NCBI RefSeq assembly: GCF_964204865.1
Contig: NC_135264.1
Location: 1,240,001-1,304,000 of the forward strand
Length of the DNA stretch: 64,000 nucleotides
Source of the DNA: Styela clava
Lineage: Eukaryota
Direction: 5' to 3'
The stretch's first letter is position 1. Every line of letters starts with the position of its first letter. The notes below the pieces were generated by a model that saw only the letters and a list, made by a program, of their open reading frames with translations, was not told where the DNA came from and ran no database searches. Below are positions 41,101 through 53,100 of this stretch, piece by piece. The position numbers and the translations under genes were made by a program.

Positions 41101-44100
41101 TTACCGAGGAGGAACAGGAGGCCATGGATGCTTATGTGCTAGCAATGAGGTGGTTCAGAGGTATGTTGTGTCGTTGCGGTCTTTGATCCCGCATACTGTG
41201 TTTTTGAAATTTTCTGATTTTCAATATTTATTTATTTGCACGAGCTTCAATCGCAGTGATCTTTAGCGATGTCATGCTCGCAGTATCGGTTAGGTGTGAC
41301 TGAAAAAGCAAGCTCTTATAGAGAAAACATTAGTGGGGTTTGTGGGTTCAACCGAGAGGCGCATTTAATGTTAGTATTATTCCAAAAATTATCGAATGTG
41401 CATTTGAAGAGCATGGTATACAATACGCAGTGGCGTAGCATCCACCCCCGCAACCCCTGCGGTCGCGGGAGGGCCCACAGCGCAAAGGGGCCCAAGCGGT
41501 TAGAATTTAGAAATTTAAACCGCAAAACCAAACGTTGCATTGCAAAACAAGTAATGCACATCTTATAACGTTGGTGTTAGTTCTGCTCAAATCGTTTTGT
41601 TACGTAACAATGTCAGGGAGTCGTCGATTTTCGGCGTCTTGTGGTTTGATCGCACCGGCAAAATTAGGAAGGCTGTCAGAATGATGTCGAAAGCAAAGCC
41701 TCTCAGTGGCGCACAGAAACGCAGAAAAGGGGCAGAAGAGAAAGTACGTATGAAAAAAATTAAAGTAACCAAGATAAACGGAAAATTTTTGGTTACCATT
41801 GCTTTCTAATAGCGACATGTTATGCTTTTTGACGAAATAAAAAAAAGCGTTGTTTTAGCTTATGTCCGAGAGTTTTTAGGGTCATTTCCACGAAATATTT
41901 TTGCGGGGGGGGCCCACGAGAGTCTTGCTACGCCACTGACAATACGTATAAAAGACATGTTAGTTTTTCGAACATTTATAGATATTTGACAGTTCTGGGG
42001 ATATACCTACTTATCATTGCTTCATATCACCCATCTTAATTAAACGAGTCAACTTTATTTCTCACCCCTTTTATCTAACATAATAGAGTTCAATTAACCC
42101 GCGCCCGAAAAAAACCCAAAGCGCTAGTGGCAGAAAATTGTATCAGTTATCCTCGTGCTTTTGTGCTATTTTTGAGAAAATAAATGCAGTGAAGCGGAAC
42201 GCTATTTTCATTTCGAGCACATCCTTGAGTAAACTCAGTGTTATACCAGGGTTTCGCGCCGGTTATATGAATATTTTAGATACAGTTCGATGGGTAGCGG
42301 TATACTGCGCATTTCAGTACAGGTGGGTGGAAATAAAATCGGTATTGTAACGTTATAGTAAAAGCAAGACGGATCACTAGGGTGTAGCCACAAAGATTTA
42401 GTTATATACATTGAGTTGTGTTTTAATATAGTAGTCGTGCTGTATAACACTATGGACGCTAACTTCGACCATAATTCCTGGCCTCAAATCAAATAGTGTT
42501 TTCGCTCCAGGTAATTTTGTCGTTTAGTCTGTGAACTTTTACGGATATCTTTAGGCTATCTCTACACTACATCGTAAATACATCAATTGTAATAATAACA
42601 TATGCCGCTATTCATGTAGCGGTCGTGTAATAAAAGAAAACGTACCTTCTTTCCGCTGCACAAACATCGGGTCTATTATTCCAATGGTAAATATACTTCT
42701 TGACTCCAGGAAAAACATTGTATAAGGGTATAGTAAGGGCGTCTCAGGTATACGGTCACGCAGATTAGTGTTACTGATGAATTTTTAAAGTTGATAACAT
42801 TGAAGATTCATCATTACAACACCCAGAAATAGAATCGAGGGCGGTTGAGCACCAGTTTTTTTTTAAATTTAATTTGTTTTTATCAAAATAGTCCATTTGC
42901 CATTAAAACTGTCATGAATATCATCTCACGAGGGGTGTCATAAGCTGTTTAGCGATAGTGGTGAATGATTAACCCAGTTAGACATATTTGTCATGGGTGG
43001 CTAGGATGTTTATGTGGTGTTTCAAAGAGGATTCTAATATAATTTGTTTTATAATATTTTAGCGCATTCAATGGTATTCGCTGACAAAGGGCGTTCTTTG
43101 GTATTTCATAGCTTTGTTAAATGCATGAGTGACATGTAATATTCATAGATTAAACGCTCTGGGTCAGTTGGTCAGTTGTTTGATATCTCAGAGTAGATTC
43201 CCCGGTACCGATTGATCAATTTATTGTCCTATTGATCGTTGACGTACGTAATTTTACTTTCGAGTTTTGTTTAGTTGCCCAAGATATGATTATCGGATTA
43301 TAATGTTTTCGAGTATGTAATGAGGACCTACGTTATCGAGATGGCATAGCTTACTATACGTTTTGATATGAGCTGGTTTACAAGTTAGCACTAAAGTAGT
43401 AAGGTAGTTAGCTTGTCTATCGCTTTGTTCGTTCAGTGCAAAAAATAGGCCAGGAGAATAACCTGGGATTCAATTTGAGCATTAGGAAGCAATCAAAATT
43501 GAGTGGCCAAATTACAACATTAATCGTTCATTTTGTTGATTTCCTAGCTCAACTGGTTTGCACTGGGACATCGTGCAATATCCAAGTACTGGAATATAAT
43601 CCCATATTAGACTAGCCGAACTCTTTAAAGTGGGAATTAAAAACAGCTGAAACTTTGCGTTTTAGTGAGGGAAAGGGATAGGGAGGTGCGAGTTAGCAAC
43701 TAAACATTCGAGCTTCTTCAGTTTATAGGTTTTATTGGGCAATGAAAGAAGCAGCGTGGAATTCACGCCGTTCGAAGTGATTATTCGTGACCGCTCATCC
43801 ATGAAAATGGATTTCGCGTTAATAGTATTCGGGAATATTGCTGAGCGTATTAAAATATTTTTGTCTTAATCCGTGGATATTCCGTTGAATTGCCCGGGCA
43901 TGGTTAGCGATGGCGATGAATTTTGGAACCTAATGGGTTATATTAGATAGAAACAGATGAAAGTGCGATATAATATTACTAATATAGGTAACATGCTGCT
44001 GATATAAAGCCCCGGGCGAAACTGAGGCAGAAATATTCTATTTATTTCGTTAGAAAAGATTATGGAACGCTGTGCAGAAGTTTGTTTTTATCGATATGCC

Positions 44101-47100
44101 GAGAAATTTTACACCAGGTTTGAGATATCCGCGCACGCCCATTTTTTTGAATAACTTGCGCACTTTCGTGGCTCACACGATAGAATATCTCAAACTACAG
44201 AATTTGGTCTTCATCATTAACGTAGAAATATGCGGTTGGAGTATGTGCAAACAGAGTCCATGAGTCATGAGAATAGCCTATTAAAGAAGCACTAAGAATG
44301 TATTTATCGAATGCAGTTGGGTATCATGGACTTGTTCTGAACATTTCGAAATCCATGGTACATTATCTCAATTTATTAATACATTTAGGGGGACTATTAT
44401 TCGAGTTCAGATTTTGGGAAAGATTAGATATGCAGAATGTTTATAGACTAGTTGTTCAATGTAAGGCCGCATCATAATATGAAGTATATATTTTCTGAAT
44501 TGATCAATAGTAGCTTCTGGGGGCAACAATATATAGTTCGTTGGGGCTACTAATGTAATCGCGTAAATTTTTAATTCAATTAGGATCCTAATAATGCGAA
44601 ATAAAATCGCATACTTATTTGGAGTATCGAATTGAAAAATAACAATAATTTTGTATTTCTGCTTATAGAGAAGCTTATGGAAAGCTGGATATTGTCTAAG
44701 TGGCTCAGATAATGCGACATAATTTTTAGTTGTAGTCTGTGTCTGTTGATAACTAAAGCAAATCATGGGGTCACAATCAAGTAAAATCGAAGGTACATAA
44801 CCGGATCCGGATTGTGAGCTTTTGTAATTGTATCCAACTTCCATAGCCTCCGCCCAGGAAGCATCACCAACGGACCAAAATATAAATTTGTTTACTCATA
44901 TACAACTGGACTCCGAAGAACATATTCTCTTCGTTCCTCTCAAGGGAAAACTGAATTTGGAAGCCGACAGGCTACATTCTTTCACCGTAGACGATACTAG
45001 TCAGTACGGTAGTCAGTCGATTCCACTCAGCTGTCTAGAGGTTTTCCAAGTACGTCGTGTAGTCGTAGCAAATACGCCTGTTATACCTGTTGGCATATCT
45101 TGACTAGAAATTTGAAGGTTTCCATCGTGGTAGAGTCGGAATTATTTGAGATGGCTCAGCACTCTTATATTCGATCCTCAACTGGTCAGGACATCATGGC
45201 CAACGTGATAGTAAAATACTGTGGTAAGTACATTACAGAACTGTTGTTTTCAAGGGTGTCAAGGGTTTATGTGTGTAGGTGTGTCAGTGGATTTTGGGGG
45301 AAATCGGTTTCGAATTGTTTCCGCAATGTTCCCACTGTTACTGTTTCCCACGATACTCGGTGAGAGCATGTTTCGAGCTTTCAGGTGATAACCTTTTTAA
45401 ATATGACTAAATTTGCGCTAAAGCAATCTAACAAAAGTACACGGAATGTTGTTATGAACATCTGGCGAATGGGGAATACAGCCGGTTAGTTGGAAGTTTG
45501 TGTTTCTATTACATTTTTCTCATAAAATATACCAGCCGAAATTGTGATATATATGAACCATTGTCGAATTGCATTGATGTGATTCCGGGATGCAATAAAT
45601 TAACAGCGTGCACACAAACATATTCAACGTGAACTAAACTCTGTGCATTGCCTTAAAAATGTTTCCGCGACAGAACGGCGGAAATCTGTATTTCAATCAT
45701 CTCAATCATAAATGAAAACCACGAAGTCACGTTTCAACACATTATTATCTTTCGCCCTCTAACGGACGCTGACGGATTTTTTCGTGAATTTAATTCATTC
45801 CATTTACCATATTTCACACTATTAGGAGAAATTAGTTAACAAAGATGTTTTTCGCTCTATTCGCGCCAAATGTGTATAGCATTAATAAATATTTCAACAG
45901 ATCTATCTCATCGCTGGATATGCGTCGATTGCGTCGATATTTTATTTCCCCATATACGATACAGGGAAGTACAGAGTTAAATCTTGATTTGTGTATTCCG
46001 AGAAGACGCCTCTCATAAGAAGAAATCACGTTATTCATTCAAGCGTAGATTCATTTGAATTTGATCGGTTCAATTTTGTGGTTAATGTATAATAAAACAA
46101 AATTTATGTATAGTTCAGTGCATGGAATTTAATGTATAGTTTCGCGACGCTTGCTTTGTTGTTTCGAGAATCATGTGTGCTTTTTGGGCGTTTACTATAA
46201 CGTTGAAAGGTCACTTCTCCCGTTTCAAACTTTACTAACGAAAGTACTGTTGAATTGTAACGCCCAAGATTTCGTTTAGCCAGTGGAGAGTATGAATGGG
46301 GACCTAATGTATCGTATTGGCGTTATGATTTTTATAGCATAGCTGAAATCGCTCGCTTTTTTGGGAAATCCGCGTTAGGTTGGTTATTATTTTGGTAGGG
46401 GTGTTCAAAATGAATTCTTACGCAATCAAGATATTTCTTGGTACAATAGCACTATTACCATTTTTTTGACGATTTTCTGAAATATCAGTCTCTCTCGTAT
46501 AGTTGAATTGTCTTAAAACATTGTTTGGTCTTTAGAGCTGTGAGTCGTAAACGCAGCAAATGTATCTTTTATAGGTATTTATTGCAGAACATTTAAATAT
46601 GTAACACATTTCCATGTCAGTTCACTTACATGAGCTGCCTGTAGGCAATTTACTCGAAGAAATAAAAGAGCTTTATTATCCGCGCAGATATTTCGAGAAC
46701 ACTGCCGAACTATGTGTTTTGATTTTGCGTGTTCAACTGTTTCGAATTTCCACTACTCATTTATTTCATCTATTTAATAGTGAGAGAACGAAATGATGTT
46801 GTATTGTCGTATTTTATATCTCATTGAGAAGGAGCATATAGTTTTGAATAAGATACAAAGAGAAATCGCATAGATGATCCAAGATTCGACAGATAAAAAA
46901 AAACTTCAGTATTCAGTATAAATATTATTATATAACATTCCGCGGTCAAATTATGGCGGCTAGAAAAAATTTCACGAAAATTCAGTGTGCACGGGTTTTG
47001 CACAATGCGGCAAACTTATATACAGTAATCTTATTTTAAATACTTACGCGAATTAATTAAAACATACTCTCAGAAGTTTTATAATAATACCCATTTCTGC

Positions 47101-50100
47101 GATGCTATTTTTCGAATCTTTGCAGTTTTCGATTTAATAGGAGCAACAATTATTGTTTGTCAGACCAGGATTGCTCGGTAATTAATTCAATTGTCAGCAT
47201 TGTGTTTCAGGCAAACTAAAGAGTTCACGCACTGCAATAGGCATGTACCTATTTTAGTTCGGAAGTATGTAACGTGTTCTGTAGGTACATTGTGCGCTTG
47301 GGACTATAATAATATGCTTTCAAGTCTTGTTTGCTCTGGGTATCACAGTGTAAGAAATAAATTGGCTTGGATGTTGGTGGATGACATCGAGAAATCTTCT
47401 TGACCCACTTTTACTCGGAAAACCAAATGAGCTGAGCTCACAAGTGGTTAATTGTTATGTCAAAAATATAATAACGTCAAATAAAAAAACGTTTGAAGAA
47501 AATATCATTCATTCAATAATAATTTTCTTTCAATGTTTGATGATGAAATGTCCTTTAATTTCAGTCGAAGCACATGTTCGCTCTCACCCACGTAATATAT
47601 ATTTTGTCGCTGCAGCTATTCCAAATTGACTGTCGTTTAACATAGGTGGACATAAAAATTCCGCTTGTAAAATGATTGAGTGGTCACTAAGTATCACTTT
47701 TGTGTTTTTTAAATGTTTGCGGAATATATTATTATAAACACTGTTTAAAAGAGCACCGAATTAACATGAGGCCGAATGTATGTATAGCCGCACTACTATA
47801 TGTAGTGTTCGTTTGTTTCCAATAGCCCGCTGTAAACGATGAAAAATTTACTTCGCAATTTCAGTAAATCGAACAGAACTTCCAACATCTCGATAATACT
47901 GCTAGAAGGGAGAGAAAGAGACCGAGGGATATAAACCGGCTTCTGCTATTCGCGCTTAAGTACACACTACCCAATATAAAGTTAAGAACAGCTTAACTGG
48001 TGTCGATCCACTTCTTCGACGCCAAGTGGTGCCTGCTTTTATAAGGCCGATAAAAAGCTCCAGGACCGTTACATATTAGTATGGTTATTCAAGCGAACCT
48101 TCTGTGCGGCGTACACTGTTATTCGTTTTTTCAGATGAGGATAAAAAGTTTTGCGTGGATTTGGCATTCTATTTGGGAGCGACTTTTCGTTTAGGTCAAT
48201 CTGGTTTATTTTCAATGTCGCGAAATAGGATTTTGTGACATTTTCAAACTCGCAAGTTTTGCGTGGACGGTCACGTGGTTGTCTCGCTATTTTCATAATA
48301 GCAACTCTCAGGGCGCCATATCGATTTTTACCTTCAGAAGTTAAATAATGATACTGTAGAAAAAATTGTTTAATAATACAACTTTTTGTAATATTCAATA
48401 TGGAGTACCTCTTATCAATCGATATCGCCAGCTTTTTGTCCCTAATTCTTTACTACACTCCATACTTGGCGTTTTATAATTCCATATCACAATCCTGGCT
48501 GATGAGGCAGTTTACTCGGGAACTATGGACAAATTTCATTCAATTTTTTAAAGCGTGGTAGTGAATGTCAATAATTGTTCAGCAAGCAAAGAAGGAGATA
48601 ACCCTCTGCGAGTTTGTGAGAGAATAAAAAGAGAAAAAATTTGGAAAAACTGCTTTATGTTTCTTTTTCAAAAAGACATTACTAAAATGTGTTTTCGTAC
48701 CCGGCGTATTTTATCATCGTTTTCTTTTCGAGACGTGTAGCATTACTAAAATGACGATAGTTTACGTTTTGCGCCTAACTAACATATGAAGCGTGAAAGC
48801 TAGTTTTGCCTACGGGGCTTAGCGGACGACAGTGCCACGAGGCGTTATGGCGTTTCTTATAATAATATATCGTACCGGTATGATAGATTTCAGCAATAGT
48901 TTTAACAAATGCAATTGTAAGGCTTTTTACTGAGGAAATATGCAATTGAACAGTGAAAGGATTTTTTGATTGATGAACTCAGTGGTGTGATTGGACATGA
49001 ACTACAGATGAATCGGTTTACTTTCATTAAATACTCAGTTGCATTGTTGGTTTTGCATTTCTTGGCGTTGAAAGCCGTTTTGTTTAAGTTAGATGACTGG
49101 AAGAAACTTTCTTGTAACGTGATCTGGTCATTTATTGTTTCTTTAGGTTAGACGTAATGTTGATGCCGAAGGGCCATTTAGTGGCCATTTATCAATCACT
49201 TTTTGAAGACGGGGTTTGTGTAGCACAAAAAACAGTTCGCGGACCTCATGAGTATATTACCATAGGTAGTGGAGGAGCGCCTATACTCAATTTACACGTG
49301 GTAAAAGCTATGCAGTCACTGACTTCAAAGGGTGTTGTTAGACAAACATTTTGTTGGAGACATTACTACTGGACATTGACTGATTCTGGAATACAGTACC
49401 TTCGTGACTTTTTGCACCTTCCACCAGAAATTATACCCAATACTTTGAAACGTGGTGTTAGGGCGCCAACTGCTAGGTTAGGTGCAGGGAGAGGTCGAAC
49501 GCTACAGAAACAGTCGTCTGACGTTGCGGAACAAAGTAGGAACCAATATCGCGGAAAAGTGGATTCTCCCAGACCAGCATTTGGGCGTGGGAGAGATAAA
49601 GTCGCAGATGCCGGTGCGGGCTCAAGCGCCTCGTTTAGTTTCTATTCACGTCAATCGGGCATGGAATTTCGCGGTGGGTACAGAAGAGAGGAGCAAATGG
49701 AACAAGCAAACGCGGTAAACGGATATGCCGGATACAATGGGAACTGGCGTAGCGAAGGCGGTGAAGCGACAAAGTATACTAAGGAGAGAGAGGGATATAA
49801 AAGCGAATTACGTGATAATACCAAGCGCAATGAACCGTTCGGCCAGAAACGTGAAAACTTCGCAAAGAGAAGTTATCCGGAAGACGACAGACGGAAATAC
49901 ACGAGCACCGCAAGTCAAGATGGAAACAATGTAGACCAAAATTGGAGGCAGAAATCGCAAGATATCAGCTCAGAAACGAGAGATGTCAATCAAGTGACAT
50001 CGCCTGAAGAAATTGTTCAACCGACAACGTCGAACGAGAGCGGATCAACTTTCCTTAAAGTTTCCGAAACGAAAACACATTCGAGGAGTATTCACACAGG

Positions 50101-53100
50101 AGTAGGTGAAGAGGATTACCTTAGTCAAACCACTGTGGTGCAGTATTCAACATCAGTGCGTCAGGAATATACTCAGGAAGAAAAACAAGAATCTGGAAGG
50201 AGGGAGGAAGAGGAGGAGGAAGAAGAAGATATTGATATGTGGCGATCAAGAAGAGTAACTTCGGAAAATCCCGATTACAATGATAGCATTGAATCGAAAA
50301 TTGATGAAGGGAGAGGTGGAATACATTTTAAATTTAGGATTATTATTTCTGTTTCGCAACCTCTAGTGTCATTAGTTATACAAGCTTAATCAGAAAAGGT
50401 TGATTAGCACTATATGAATATATCAGTCGCACTAAACTTCACGTGGTACTTGCGAGAACATTTTAATTCTCTTGAAATTAAGGGTTTAGACGCTATGTAG
50501 TGAACTTTCGTTTCAAAATTGGCTACGCCCTTATTGAAACGTTTATTACTGCTTAGTGCGATGTGTGCATATTATTATAGAAAATGGTACTGGTCGATAG
50601 TTTATAGCCGATTTGCGATTTGTCAAAGCAGTCTTCATGGCTCTTCAGTAAATAACATTTCCTATGCAAACACCGTAAACACGTGTCAGGATAAGAACGC
50701 CACTAGTGCTCACTTTTAATCTTAATGTCCTACCACGTCATGTAAATGGTTTGTGTGTGGGAACATGGAACGTTCAATTTTTCAGTGTTGATTCAAACGT
50801 TAGCATAATCGCCGCGAGTGTTCCGTATATTACCTTTATAAGCAATGCTGTGGTTTGGTTGTCGTAAAATTCTTTTCGGGATTGGATGGATTTATAGTTT
50901 GTATATTTTGAAATTCTTAAAGCTGATTTTGGCTTTACTAAGAATTGAATTTATTTTGCTATGGGAATGAACCGAAATGGCTCGAGTTTAACGTTTCAAT
51001 GATGCCTACGGCATGTGCGTGTGGTCGATGTCAAAATCACTTTAATATGGATAGAAGTTGTCGTAAATCATATTTATAATATAACGCGACTGCTTCCCAT
51101 GGTTGGGTTTCTATTTCTTCAAAGTATCCACGATAAAAAGCTACTAATTTGCTGTCGTTTTTTGTAGTGTCATTATTGAAGAAACAAGTATAAGATTTCT
51201 ACTTATACGTGTCAAAACTTCATATTATTGTTCGATCACAACGGGCATTAATAACAAGCATTATCCTATATAAGATATCCCAGGCTAATCTCAATATGTT
51301 GAATTCATTGATATTTCGCCACAGGGTTCTGTAGGCTTGTGCGTTAATGAAACTCGATATCGACCTAGCTGAATTAGCAAGGTATAATATGAATGTTGTA
51401 TCAACACATAATAGAATGCTATTCCATGTATATGTATGAGTGACTCGAGACTAAAGAATTCCATTCGGGTGTATCGTAGCGTTCGAATCTCTTTATTTCG
51501 CATCGAAAAAACGATTAACTAGCAATTTTGAATGAGTTCATTTCAGTGCGATTTCATTTTTCAACCAACTTGTATTTTTTGGCTTTGAACTGATGACAAA
51601 GTCAACACTGTATAACACTTTGAATTGGACATGGAATTTGACGAACTTGATATAATTCATAGTTTCAACAAATTAATTTTTATTTCAGATGAACGCGACA
51701 AAGTACAGAAAAAGACATTTACAAAATGGATAAACAAGCATTTAGTCAAGGTATGTGTATATTTTTTAGATACTTTTGACATCGCAGTACATGAGCATAA
51801 ATTGGTTCAGTCGAATCTAATAAGAAATATTTTCAGTGTTATAGTTCCATCTTCGACTATAAGTATTTAAAATGACTGCATGGGATTGCGCAGCGACATT
51901 TATGGGAGGGATATAGTAGGGTAAACCTTGCATTTTATGCTCAAGTTTTAGAATTCCTAATAACCAACACCAACAACAAACGACCCGTATTATCGTAAAT
52001 TACCAGCTCTTTTATTATCTCGTTGAAGCCACTTTGTGAGCATAAATGTGTTGTAGACGTGAACAACTTTCCTCGGGCTATTGTATTACTTTATTTTTTT
52101 TTTAATGACTTACCTACCAACTGGTGTGTCAATGGTGGCTTTGCTTGGTGATTAAAATCCGCTGTATGGATCCATGTTTCGTAGGAGAAGAATACTTATT
52201 ATTGACTCACTTATGGACCAGCCATGAACGCATGATGACATTCGCGCCTGACCTTGATTGCTCATATATATCATTGCGGGTATACTCTTCTTTAAGGCGG
52301 CTATTTCATAGGACTTCTTTTCCTCAGCTACCTTCTGATAATGTGAAGACAAAATCGAAATCCCCGTTTTACGCAAGCCCTATTATTTGTAATTAACACA
52401 GTGCCTTTAGTGATTACTCGTTAATTGCCGATTCCGATGCATCGGTCGTACGTATTCGAAAACCGTTATCATGACACCAGCTACCAAATAACCCATAACC
52501 TCTTTTGTACTTCTGGATAAAAACGATTTTCGAAGTTCCCAGTTATGTGCAGTGCAATATTACATTATATTAATTTATTACAGACCCGAAGACAAGTGGA
52601 TAATTTATATGAAGATTTGAGAGATGGCCACAACTTGATCGCATTACTGGAAGTTTTATCTGGCGAAACCTTGGTGAGATTATTTTCGTTTTATGTAATC
52701 AGTTTAGTCGCTCAAACAAGCGTAAGTTTTGTATGGAATACTCTTATAGAGAATAGAATTAAATTTCCCGCCAAAACCATATTCGTTGCTTTGGATTATT
52801 GTTTGTTATTTCACTTCTGTATTAGGACAGAAATAATACGTTTTGATAAGATTCTCTCGTTTCTGCTTTTGTTGAAGGCATATAATTTTGTTGGAGTCCC
52901 AATTATTTTTTTGCGAAGCAGCGTGTTGTCGACTTTCCCATGGTTATAGATCTTCGCGTGGTCTTCGAAAAATCCAGCAAGTGACAACGTTTACTTTTAG
53001 AAATGGAAATTTTCATTAAGATGCCGATTTTGGACTTGAATATAGTTTTCATGAAATCGCGTGACAAAATATTGACGACTACTTCAGTCATTTACATTCT

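Noticed and set aside
42452-42510. ATG plus CCAG|gtaatt candidate first exon
   Set aside because: The ATG frame stops before the donor, and the phase-1 frame has no ATG.
44407-44844. 145-aa minus-strand ORF
   Set aside because: Antisense within the plakin intron, no domain signal; consistent with chance.
49157-50389. Standalone RPS10 gene or processed pseudogene
   Set aside because: The ORF extends >200 codons beyond RPS10 length, is intact, and has an in-phase donor directly upstream of the plakin common exon.
51751-52583. Search for a plectin 2-alpha (15-nt) microexon
   Set aside because: No convincing acceptor/donor pair found.
52674-52721. In-frame 48-nt extension of the second CH1 exon to a downstream GTAAGT
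   Set aside because: It would insert intron-like hydrophobic sequence into CH1; no independent support.
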